Assembly: GCA_018060945.1 (NCBI GenBank)
Contig: JAGOVB010000004.1
Location: 1-42,251, forward strand
Length of the DNA stretch: 42,251 nucleotides
Source: Minisyncoccota bacterium
GTDB taxonomy: Bacteria > Patescibacteriota > Minisyncoccia > Phycocordibacterales > PALSA-1337
Direction: 5' to 3'
Positions 1 to 7,876 of the stretch are shown piece by piece; positions within the stretch are counted from its first letter, which is position 1; each line of letters begins with the position of its first letter. Below the pieces are notes generated by a model, which saw only the letters and a program-made list of their open reading frames with translations, searched no databases and was not told the DNA's origin. A program made the position numbers and the translations under genes.

Positions 1-3000
1 TGTCGATGATATGGAGACCTGATGCATTGTCTGCAACGTATGCATATTTGCCTGAGACGTATACACCTTGAGCTTGTCCACTTGTATCATATGTTCCTGC
101 AAGAGTTGGGTTTCCAGCTGCGGTATGTGTAAAGTTACCTCCTGCGAGAGTGAGTTTACTGTTTGCTGTTGATGTGCCGATACCGATGTTACCGTTGAAG
201 ATGGTCGCCCCAGCCAGAGTCGTTGTCCCTGTAGTAGATCCAATCGTTGCAAGTCCTGTAAGTGAGTTGAGGTTAGGTAGTGATGTTGTAGCAGAGAGAA
301 GTACACCGAATGCATATGTATCTGAGGTGGTAGACCATCGTGTCTGTGTTGTTTCCCAGTAGTCTGCTGAGGTGGTTGAGAAGGCACTTCCTCCATCTAC
401 GGTGAGTGCTCCGTTTACTATAGAAAGTCCAGTACCTGTAATATCGTTAAGAAAGTCTGAACCGATGCTCAAGTTTGTAAGTGAGAGGTTTGGGAATGTT
501 GAGGTTGCGGTGGTTGAGGTTGCAGCGAAGATAGAAGCTCTGACTGCACCCGCAAATAAAGCACCTCCATTAACAGAGAGGGTCTCAGAAGGAGATGTGG
601 TACCGATACCTACAGTACCGATTATATAAGCACCGCCTGATACCTGTAGTTTTTGATTTGAAGATGTAGCAGATGCACCGATGACAACCTGATTTGTGGT
701 TGTTGAAACTGAGATTCCTGAACCATTGAAGAATGTCCAATTTACATCTGTGCCCCCACCGCCTCCACCAGAACCGATTGAATCATTTGCACACTGGAGT
801 ACACCATTTGAATCAGTGGTTAACTTTCCTCCATTTGAAAAGAGACTACAGTCGAGCGAGCTGAGTGCGAGTGTAGAACCTGTTGCATTCGTGAATGAAA
901 AGTTTGCCTGGTTTCCGATCGAAATGAGACCTGGAAGACTAGTGGTGGCTGATAGTCTCTGATCAAATGCAAGGTTATCGGTAGTCGTAGACCATACTGA
1001 TGTAATGTATGTTCCGTTGAGTGAGAGTGCGTTTGTTGAAAGGAGTGGGAATGTTGAAGTCGCAGTAGTCGAAGTTGCAGTAAAGTATTCTGATACGGTC
1101 TGACCTACGACAGAGAGCTTAGCGTATGGAGAGGTGGTGCCGAGGCCAACAGAACCCTGCACAAGCAATCCGAATTCTGGAGGAAGAATATTTGCATATG
1201 TAGTAGTTCCTATAGTAACACCATTATACATAGATATTTTTTGTGCTCCTGGTGAATTTGGATCGACAGATATCCCTAGTCCAGCTAACAGTTCATCATC
1301 CCAAGCAAAACTTGCAGTTGTAGTTGCATCAGAATATATAAAAAGACCAGGATCGCCAGTTTTCTCAGTAGAACTTCGATATATTCGAATATTTCTTCCA
1401 CCGACAATATCTGTGTGAGAATTTGGATGTGTTGGTGTATAGAAACTTGCTGTATCAGTTACAACCAATTTACTTGCAGGTGTGCTCGTCCCAATCCCCA
1501 CATTTCCATTAAATATCGTACCGCCAGCAAAAGTAGTGGTTCCAGTAGTAGATCCAATTGTTGCAAGACCTGTTAGCGAGTTGAGGTTAGGTAGTGATGT
1601 AGTAGCAGAGAGAAGTACACCGAATGCATATGTATCTGATGTGGTAGACCAACGTGTTTGTGTTGTTTCCCAGTAGTCTGCTGAGGTGGTTGAGAAAGCT
1701 GCATTTTTATCTACAGTCAACGCACCTGCTGTTATTACAAGTCCGGCGCCAGTAAAATCAGTGATGTAGTCAGAACCAATTGCAAATGAAGTCGTTGTCG
1801 CATTTACTGTGATAATGTCTGTGAGACCTCGCAATGTAGTGAGGTTATTGAGAGTTGTTGTCGCTGCAAGGCGTGTATCGAATGCGTATGAGTCAGAGGT
1901 AGTTGCCCATCTTGTCTGAGTTGTCTCCCAAAAATCTGTTGATGTTGTTGAAAAACCAGAACCAGCAGTTGCAGACAATACACCATCTGTAAGTGTGAGA
2001 CCTGCTCCAACGAAATCTACGACAGTGTCTCCATTAAGAGTAAGTGCGGTAGTTACTTCAAGTCTTGGAATAGTAGTTGTAGAAGTATTGTTGATTGTGA
2101 GGTTATCGAGTGTTGTTGTGGCGTCGATGGTGGTGGTTGTATTTGTTGTAGAATTTCCAGAACTTTTTTTCCGAGCAATTGCATCAAAAATACTTTGTAG
2201 TTGATTATTTTGATACGTCTTGTAACTTGCAAAATCTGTAGTGAGCAAATCCAGAGCACTGCTATTGTCAACAATAATTGGAGCTGCCACCACTGGTGAT
2301 GTATTTCTAACGATAGTTGTTGTTCCGACTTCTCGGACAACTTCTCTAACCACCTCTCTAACAAGAGTTGTGGTTGCAGTTATAACTTTTGGAGGTAGTT
2401 GTACGATAGTAGTTCCTCCCCCACCGATACCAAAAAAATCATTTACACTTTTGTTTACTTTCATTGCAAGAGAACCGAGAGGGGCAATCACACTTGCCTG
2501 CTGATTTTCTTTCTTCAATTCTGGTTTTGCAAAAGAAATGACTCCAGAAATCTTTTTAACAAAAGCAGCTGGGTTGTGGATGCTTGCATAGCTTGTCGAA
2601 AAAAGTGCGAGGACGATAGCAAACCCGACTGCATGCTTGAGTGCGAATGAACTTACCTTTCCAATCGCATCTGCGTATGGAGCAATTTTTGCAGCAACTT
2701 TTGTAACAGCTGTTTTTTGATTCTTGAATTTTGAAACAGGTACTGGAGCAGTTAACACTTTTTTTTGAGCGTACTGCTTAACAACTATTTTGTCTATCTT
2801 GGTAAGTTTTGGAAAAAGAGGAGCTGGTTCTGAAGATAGACTATCTGCCTTCGATGCATTTGCCTGAGCAATAGTTTCAGCAATAGCATTCTTGAAAGAG
2901 TTCTCGACTACCTTTGAGTTTGAGTTCTTAAGTTCGACGTGAGCGAGGAGTGACTCTTCAGATACAAAGAGAACTTTTTCAATGACTTGACCCTTTACCT

Positions 3001-3109
3001 TACCCATACGTACGAGCTGCCCGATATAGTCACGAGCATAGCCAGTGAGAGCAGCTGCCTGCTTTGAGGTGATGAACTTTTTACCGTTGATAACAATTGG
3101 TTCCGGCAT
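1..3109 (-). CDS. Giant Thr/Ser-rich surface/fibre protein, 3' end outside the window (>1036 aa): N-terminal MerR/Xis-like HTH, one TM helix, internal repeats, GIGTxxP motifs, LVIVD repeat at the window edge
   Basis: Manual translation of the minus strand from ATG at 3109 is open to position 2: MPEPIVINGKKFITSKQAAALTGYARDYIGQLVRMGKVKG (HTH-like), VGFAIVLALFSTSYASI (TM), GNVGIGTSTP/GTVGIGTTSP, and GVYVSGKYAYVADNASGLHIID (LVIVD-like). Absent from the ORF track because there is no stop codon in the window. Confidence 0.9.
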   Translation of the reverse strand, partial: MPEPIVINGKKFITSKQAAALTGYARDYIGQLVRMGKVKGQVIEKVLFVSEESLLAHVELKNSNSKVVENSFKNAIAETIAQANASKADSLSSEPAPLFPKLTKIDKIVVKQYAQKKVLTAPVPVSKFKNQKTAVTKVAAKIAPYADAIGKVSSFALKHAVGFAIVLALFSTSYASIHNPAAFVKKISGVISFAKPELKKENQQASVIAPLGSLAMKVNKSVNDFFGIGGGGTTIVQLPPKVITATTTLVREVVREVVREVGTTTIVRNTSPVVAAPIIVDNSSALDLLTTDFASYKTYQNNQLQSIFDAIARKKSSGNSTTNTTTTIDATTTLDNLTINNTSTTTIPRLEVTTALTLNGDTVVDFVGAGLTLTDGVLSATAGSGFSTTSTDFWETTQTRWATTSDSYAFDTRLAATTTLNNLTTLRGLTDIITVNATTTSFAIGSDYITDFTGAGLVITAGALTVDKNAAFSTTSADYWETTQTRWSTTSDTYAFGVLLSATTSLPNLNSLTGLATIGSTTGTTTFAGGTIFNGNVGIGTSTPASKLVVTDTASFYTPTHPNSHTDIVGGRNIRIYRSSTEKTGDPGLFIYSDATTTASFAWDDELLAGLGISVDPNSPGAQKISMYNGVTIGTTTYANILPPEFGLLVQGSVGLGTTSPYAKLSVVGQTVSEYFTATSTTATSTFPLLSTNALSLNGTYITSVWSTTTDNLAFDQRLSATTSLPGLISIGNQANFSFTNATGSTLALSSLDCSLFSNGGKLTTDSNGVLQCANDSIGSGGGGGGTDVNWTFFNGSGISVSTTTNQVVIGASATSSNQKLQVSGGAYIIGTVGIGTTSPSETLSVNGGALFAGAVRASIFAATSTTATSTFPNLSLTNLSIGSDFLNDITGTGLSIVNGALTVDGGSAFSTTSADYWETTQTRWSTTSDTYAFGVLLSATTSLPNLNSLTGLATIGSTTGTTTLAGATIFNGNIGIGTSTANSKLTLAGGNFTHTAAGNPTLAGTYDTSGQAQGVYVSGKYAYVADNASGLHIID
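231..385. repeat. Intragenic repeat copy A (pairs with 1545-1699)
   Basis: 155 bp with 9 mismatches to 1545-1699, offset 1314 bp (438 codons). Encodes AFSTTSADYWETTQTRWSTTSDTYAFGVLLSATTSLPNLNSLTGLATIGSTT. Confidence 0.95.
1545..1699. repeat. Intragenic repeat copy B; more diverged copies at about 1835-1955 and, partially, about 935-995
   Basis: Direct alignment with 231-385. The third copy reads FSTTSTDFWETTQTRWATTSDSYAFDTRLAATTTL. Confidence 0.95.
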
Positions 3110-3124
3110 GTTTTATTTACTAAA

Positions 3125-3196
3125 ATTATAACGCGAATAGTGCCGAGAACCTATTGTAAAACCTTGATATTTTGTGGATAACTCGTGGTGCCGAGA
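3125..3196 (-). promoter_or_regulatory. Promoter region of the giant HTH protein, with a 9-bp direct repeat and one DnaA-box-like 9-mer
   Basis: TATAAT on the minus strand at 3125-3130; GTGCCGAGA at 3140-3148 and 3188-3196; TGTGGATAA at 3173-3181. Confidence 0.45.
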
Positions 3197-3236
3197 TTAT
3201 GTTTCATGCACTTATGAAAAACAAATTTTATACACT

Positions 3237-3266
3237 AAAAAGCCACCACCTATAGTGATGGATTTT
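3237..3266 (-). terminator. Intrinsic terminator downstream of gatB and the candidate structured RNA
   Basis: Minus strand CCATCAC-TATAG-GTGGTGG (7 bp with one G-U) followed by CTTTTT. Confidence 0.6.
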
Positions 3267-3269
3267 TAT

Positions 3270-3410
3270 GCTTCTTAGATCGTAGTCTTATGGCTACTAT
3301 CCAGCCTCAAACAGCGACTCAGGTACCCTGCTCAGACTAACTAAATCATTCACAAGGCATTGGCGGTTTTAAATTTGCAATTTAAGATCAGAGCAGACGA
3401 GATATGTTGG
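3270..3410. ncRNA. Possible structured non-coding element of unknown family
   Basis: No credible ORF. CTGCTC (3328-3333) can pair with GAGCAG (3391-3396) to close a long imperfect stem; hairpin GTAGTC-TTAT-GGCTAC at 3282-3297. No known family recognised. Confidence 0.25.
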
Positions 3411-3438
3411 AAAATAAGGGTAAAAAGCAATTACTATT

Positions 3439-4857
3439 TTATCTAAGGAGTCTTTCGAATATTTCTCTCATTACCTCTGGATTAGCAGTTCCTCTTGTTT
3501 CTTTCATTGCCTGGCCGATGAAGTACTGGAAAACGGAGGTCTTACCAGCTTTATATTCGGTTACAACTTTTGGGCTTTCATCGATGATTTTAGCTGCAAT
3601 TTTCTCCAGTTCCTTGGTGTCATTTAAAACCAAAATGTTTCGTGAAACAGCTAATTCTCGTGGTTTACCCCCCTCCTCCGTCATGATCTTTAGGAGATCT
3701 TTTGCACCTCTTGATGACAGTATCCCCTCTCCAATCATTTGTATTAATTCTGCAAAACTCTCAGCGCTAATTTCTTCGATGTTTTTATCTAGTTTTTTGA
3801 GTAGTCCGATGTAGTCTGAGACCAGATAATTTGTTGCGAGTTTCACTAATTTTTTGTCATTTAATTTACTGACAATTGCTTCAAAATATTTTCCGATTGT
3901 AGGATCGATGACCATGATTTCTGCCTCTTCATTTGTAAGAGAAAAATCTTTTACGAGTCGATTTCTTTTTTCCCAAGGCAATTCTCCAATCTCTTTTTTG
4001 AGAACTTCTTTTGCGAATTCTGGTATCTCGGAGATAAGAAGTTTTGGAATATCTGGATCAGGAAAATATCGATAATCATGTGAGTCTTCCTTTACTCGTT
4101 GTGAAAAAGTTTTGTTCTTTTGTTCATCCCAACCCCGTGTCTCTTGGGCGACCTTATCACCTTCCTCGAGAAGTGCGATCTGTCTATCGATCTCGTATGC
4201 GATAGCACGCTCGACTGACTTAAATGAGTTGAGGTTTTTGACCTCAGTCTTTGTACCAAACTTATCAGTTTTTGAAACTGAAATATTTGCCTCTACACGC
4301 ATCTCCCCTTTTTCAAGATTGGCATGTCCCACTCCCAAGTACCGTAAAAGTAGCTGAAGCTCTTTTGCAAAGTTTGCCGCTTCTTCCCCGCTGTGTATGA
4401 CAGGCTCTGTCACAAGTTCCATGAGTGGAACGCCGGCACGATTAAAGTTCACAAGACTCTTAGTGTCGTGCGTATCGTGAGTCGAGCTCGCAGTGTCTTC
4501 TTCCAAATGTATTCGAGTGATCTTTACTCCTCCGATCTCTCCACCACTTACGAGCGGATATTTGTACTGACTGATCTGGTACCCTTTTGGTATGTCTGGG
4601 TAAAAATAGTTTTTTCGATCCCATTCAGTAAAGTCGGCGAGATTTCCATTTGCAGCGATACCAACCTTCAATACATGTTTAATAGCTTCTTTATTTAAAA
4701 CAGGAAGAGTTCCTGGGTGACCCATACAAACAGGACAAATGTGAGTGTTTGGCTTGTCTTCGTCAGGCAAGTTTGGGCAGCTGCAGAACATCTTAGATTT
4801 GGTTCTAAGTTCTGCGTGGATTTCGAGTCCAATCGTCGCTTTATAGTCATTTTTCAT
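3439..4857 (-). CDS. gatB: Asp-tRNA(Asn)/Glu-tRNA(Gln) amidotransferase subunit B
   Basis: IGLEIHAEL, RKNYFYPDIPKGYQISQ, NRAGVPLMELVTEP, EVKNLNSF, DYRYFPDPD motifs. Confidence 0.98.
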   Translation of the reverse strand: MKNDYKATIGLEIHAELRTKSKMFCSCPNLPDEDKPNTHICPVCMGHPGTLPVLNKEAIKHVLKVGIAANGNLADFTEWDRKNYFYPDIPKGYQISQYKYPLVSGGEIGGVKITRIHLEEDTASSTHDTHDTKSLVNFNRAGVPLMELVTEPVIHSGEEAANFAKELQLLLRYLGVGHANLEKGEMRVEANISVSKTDKFGTKTEVKNLNSFKSVERAIAYEIDRQIALLEEGDKVAQETRGWDEQKNKTFSQRVKEDSHDYRYFPDPDIPKLLISEIPEFAKEVLKKEIGELPWEKRNRLVKDFSLTNEEAEIMVIDPTIGKYFEAIVSKLNDKKLVKLATNYLVSDYIGLLKKLDKNIEEISAESFAELIQMIGEGILSSRGAKDLLKIMTEEGGKPRELAVSRNILVLNDTKELEKIAAKIIDESPKVVTEYKAGKTSVFQYFIGQAMKETRGTANPEVMREIFERLLR

Positions 4858-4887
4858 ACGTATAAACTAGTCTACTCTATATTAGGG

Positions 4888-4919
4888 AAAAGAAAAAGGT
4901 ACTGCAACACAGCACCTTT
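4888..4919 (-). terminator. Intrinsic terminator after the 157 aa orphan
   Basis: Minus strand AAAGGTGCTG-TGTTG-CAGTACCTTT followed by TTCTTTT. Confidence 0.7.
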
Positions 4920-4936
4920 CCTGCGCTCGACACTTA

Positions 4937-5410
4937 TCAGCCGAGCAAAATCTCGAAGCAGTCGCAGTCAAGTCTGAGATACTTCAGAGACCACCAATAG
5001 ACGATAGGTCCCTGACTCACATCAAAAGACAGAACTGGCGCGTGGATTTGACCCGCATGCCAAGATACAGATCTCCAACCGATAACTCTTTTGGAGTATC
5101 GAGTTGCGCAAGGCAATAACTTATTGAGGAAAAAGTCCTCGCCCCTCTCTTTCAGGGCTAAAAGTTCGACCAAACCAAACTGGTTCGATAGACTCTTGTT
5201 GAAGTATGCATCAGTACCGATGATAACACCCTTATCGGCACAGGGTCGCACCTCGCACAATCCCAGATTGATTCTGGTGGGGAGACCTGCATGATCAAGG
5301 TTCGGGTGCACCCGTGGCCGGACAATCCCCAAAGGGTAATGCGTAACTGAATTTCGGTTGAGAGGAGAGAGTATGCAACTCTCCCGACTTGCGAATTGTT
5401 GTGTACTCAT
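4937..5410 (-). CDS. Hypothetical protein (157 aa), possibly a C-type-lectin-like fold
   Basis: ORF with its own promoter and terminator, GC richer than its flanks. C-terminal pattern W-R-S-V..G...P.L....G.V.W..L. Confidence 0.65.
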   Translation of the reverse strand: MSTQQFASRESCILSPLNRNSVTHYPLGIVRPRVHPNLDHAGLPTRINLGLCEVRPCADKGVIIGTDAYFNKSLSNQFGLVELLALKERGEDFFLNKLLPCATRYSKRVIGWRSVSWHAGQIHAPVLSFDVSQGPIVYWWSLKYLRLDCDCFEILLG

Positions 5411-5417
5411 TAAACGC

Positions 5418-5445
5418 AGTATACTCCGCCCTATTAGGGCGTCAA
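5418..5445 (-). promoter_or_regulatory. Sigma70-type promoter with a perfect palindrome in the spacer; probable leaderless transcript
   Basis: TTGACG (5445-5440), 16 bp, TATACT (5423-5418), ATG 7 nt later. Palindrome CGCCCTA-T-TAGGGCG at 5427-5441. Confidence 0.7.
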
Positions 5446-5796
5446 TTATGCAGCTACCTTCTCGAGCTTTGTGACTCTCTTTTCTAGTTTTGCAAAATCC
5501 TGAATTTTGACCATGTTCAAATCTACCTTATCGATCCTTCGATTTACACCCTCAAATCTTGCATTCATATTTGTCTCCAGCCCATCAATTTTATTATCAA
5601 ACTTTTCGTCTATTCTCTCGAATCCTTTAGCCACCATATACGCTAGGCCATTTATCTCTTCTGAAACATGCTCTGTCACAAAATCCACAATAAAAGTCTT
5701 AAGCTTCCCCTCTAGCTCATTATTTGCTTTTGATATTTCCCTGGTTACAACGGTGGTAACTGTCGATGTAATAAATTCTCTATCTAGTTGATTCAT
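5446..5796 (-). CDS. Small coiled-coil hypothetical protein (116 aa)
   Basis: Heptad-like GFERIDEKFDNKIDGLETNMNARFEGVNRRIDKVD; TACAAT 6 nt before the ATG. Confidence 0.8.
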   Translation of the reverse strand: MNQLDREFITSTVTTVVTREISKANNELEGKLKTFIVDFVTEHVSEEINGLAYMVAKGFERIDEKFDNKIDGLETNMNARFEGVNRRIDKVDLNMVKIQDFAKLEKRVTKLEKVAA

Positions 5797-5802
5797 ATGT
5801 AT

Positions 5803-5826
5803 ATTGTAGTATTAAACTTTTAATAC
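5803..5826 (-). promoter_or_regulatory. -10 box with an adjacent operator-like inverted repeat
   Basis: TACAAT at 5808-5803; GTATTAAA-CT-TTTAATAC at 5809-5826. Confidence 0.5.
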
Positions 5827-5876
5827 ACAAGAGTATAGCAAAGACGAAATGAAGGAAATTTTATTTCTGTGGGGGT

Positions 5877-6836
5877 CTATTTGCGGAGCAGCTTAACTAT
5901 GTTGTCTTTTAACACTTTTACAGATTCGTCATCGAGAATTGAGACTGTGAGCGCTTCAGGAAATATCTTCTTTATTTGATCGATTTTATTTTTATCCACA
6001 GTATCTGTCTTTGTTAAAATGATGAGTTCTTGTTTCTTTGCAAGATCTGCGTCGTAGTCAGTAAGCTCCTTGCGAATTGTTTTATAGACTGCTTCTGGAT
6101 CCTCATTTTCGAGTGAAATACAGTGAAAGAGCATTTTTGTTCGCTTTATATGGCGCAAGAAGGCGTGTCCAAGCCCCTTCCCTTCACTAGCACCCTCGAT
6201 GAGTCCTGGAATGTCTGCGAGGATAAACCCACCAGAAAGTGCGCCGAGGTTTGGCTCGAGTGTAGTGAACTGATAGCTTCCTACTTTTGCATCTGCGTTA
6301 GTGAGTGCATTGAGCAAACTAGACTTGCCGGCATTTGGTAATCCGATGAGTCCGGCGTCCGCCACAAGTTCGAGTTCTATATGAAAGTCGGCAAATTCTC
6401 CAGGCTTTCCTTCGGTCGATTCCATCGGTCGCACATTTGTGCTCGCTTTGAAATGCTCGTTACCCAATCCTCCTCGTCCTCCTTTTAAAATACGGACTGT
6501 TTCTCCTTCTGTTAAAAGATTAAAAGAACGCTCGGTTCGAGAGTCAGTAACAATAGCCCCGATAGGTAAATCGATATATAGATCCTCACCATGCTTTCCA
6601 AACATGCTAGAACGCATACCATCCTCTCCGTCCTCTGCTTTAAACTCTTTGGTATTTCGATACCGAGCAAGGATATTCAAATCGCGTACAGCACGTACGT
6701 AGACATCACCCCCGTTTCCTCCGTTTCCGCCGGCTGCCCCAGAGTACTCTTTCCCTTTTTCATGGCGCCAACGCACCACTCCGTCTCCGCCGGATCCTGC
6801 GGCAATATGAAATGTAGCTTCGTCAATAAAGGCCAT
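5877..6836 (-). CDS. obgE: GTPase ObgE/CgtA, short form without a C-terminal extension
   Basis: FIDEATFHIAAGSGGDG glycine-rich Obg fold; GLPNAGKSSL, YQFTTLEPNLG, DIPGLIEGAS. Confidence 0.97.
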   Translation of the reverse strand: MAFIDEATFHIAAGSGGDGVVRWRHEKGKEYSGAAGGNGGNGGDVYVRAVRDLNILARYRNTKEFKAEDGEDGMRSSMFGKHGEDLYIDLPIGAIVTDSRTERSFNLLTEGETVRILKGGRGGLGNEHFKASTNVRPMESTEGKPGEFADFHIELELVADAGLIGLPNAGKSSLLNALTNADAKVGSYQFTTLEPNLGALSGGFILADIPGLIEGASEGKGLGHAFLRHIKRTKMLFHCISLENEDPEAVYKTIRKELTDYDADLAKKQELIILTKTDTVDKNKIDQIKKIFPEALTVSILDDESVKVLKDNIVKLLRK

Positions 6837-7876
6837 TAGTTTTTTAGATGTTGCTGATAGATCTCAAGTAAAGCAAATAAGAGGCTAAGAATCAATGGGC
6901 CGAGGATGAAACCGATAGGACCAAAGAACGAGAGTCCGCCAACTACAGAAAGCAGGATAAGGAACTCATGGATATGCACTCCCTGCTGTACAAGGTAAGG
7001 GCCGAGAAAATTATCGACAAGTCCAACTGCGAGTACTGCCCAGATGAGTAGTCCGACTGACATAACTACGGCACCAGTGACATACAAATAAATAGCTGCA
7101 GGGATGAGGACAAGTGCAGTACCTATTCCAGGGATAAGTGAGGCGATCGCAGCGAGACTTCCCCACAGAACTGGATTTGGTATGCCGAATATCCAAAAAC
7201 CGAGCATCGTCAAAAGTCCCTGCACAACTGACACACCGAGTGATCCTCGTACTACTGAAAATATAGCTCGCTCTAATTTTTCAAATATTTCTTCATCGTA
7301 CGCATCGAGAAGTGGACTCATAGCGATAATGCTCTTCTTGAGATTGCCTCCATCTCGCAGCATATAATACAAAGCGATTAGTAAAATAAATATATGAAAA
7401 CCTATTCGCGCAGTATTTGAGACAATTGAATCGAGATTTGTAAATGACCACGATAACGCATGCTGTGCGTATCCAGCAATATTGAAAGAATCTGTAGTAA
7501 CTTCAGGGTAGTAGCCAAGCACCTTGTGTCCAACTCGTAATACGAGATCATTCATCATGACGATCATCTTTGCTTGATTCCCCTCCGTGGTAATGTACTG
7601 GTATAGGCTTTGGGCTTCGGTCGATATACGTACGCCGAGGAAGCCTAACGGAATAAAGATAATAATAGCTACAACAATGATTGTTCCGAATGCAGCAAAC
7701 GATGACGGGAGTAGCTTTAATAATGAGTTGTGGATCGGTCTAAAGATAACAGAACAGACGAGTGCAATAATAATAGAGCTAATATAAGGAAGGAACACCA
7801 GTATCGCCAACACCCCCACTATCCCAAGTAGAGCAAAAAAGAAATAATGTTGTGTTTTACTGCTGAGGGGTTCCAT
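6836..7876 (-). CDS. AI-2E family (PerM/TqsA-like) transporter
   Basis: Multi-TM protein; LIPGIGTALV, VDNFLGPYLV, GGLSFFGPIGFILGP. Confidence 0.9.
   Translation of the reverse strand: MEPLSSKTQHYFFFALLGIVGVLAILVFLPYISSIIIALVCSVIFRPIHNSLLKLLPSSFAAFGTIIVVAIIIFIPLGFLGVRISTEAQSLYQYITTEGNQAKMIVMMNDLVLRVGHKVLGYYPEVTTDSFNIAGYAQHALSWSFTNLDSIVSNTARIGFHIFILLIALYYMLRDGGNLKKSIIAMSPLLDAYDEEIFEKLERAIFSVVRGSLGVSVVQGLLTMLGFWIFGIPNPVLWGSLAAIASLIPGIGTALVLIPAAIYLYVTGAVVMSVGLLIWAVLAVGLVDNFLGPYLVQQGVHIHEFLILLSVVGGLSFFGPIGFILGPLILSLLFALLEIYQQHLKN

Noticed and set aside
231-1699. Repeat pair as a DGR template/variable repeat
   Set aside because: Both copies are in-frame parts of one gene. The differences are synonymous, go in both directions and include C/T, so they are not adenine-specific. 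No RT is present.
150-2650. Series of short plus-strand ORFs and two minus-strand ORFs in the track
   Set aside because: They are shadows of the single long minus-strand frame 2-3109, which has recognisable domains.
3173-6000. DnaA boxes (3173-3181 and 5992-6000) as oriC
   Set aside because: Only isolated boxes, one inside obgE. No cluster, unwinding element or dnaA gene.
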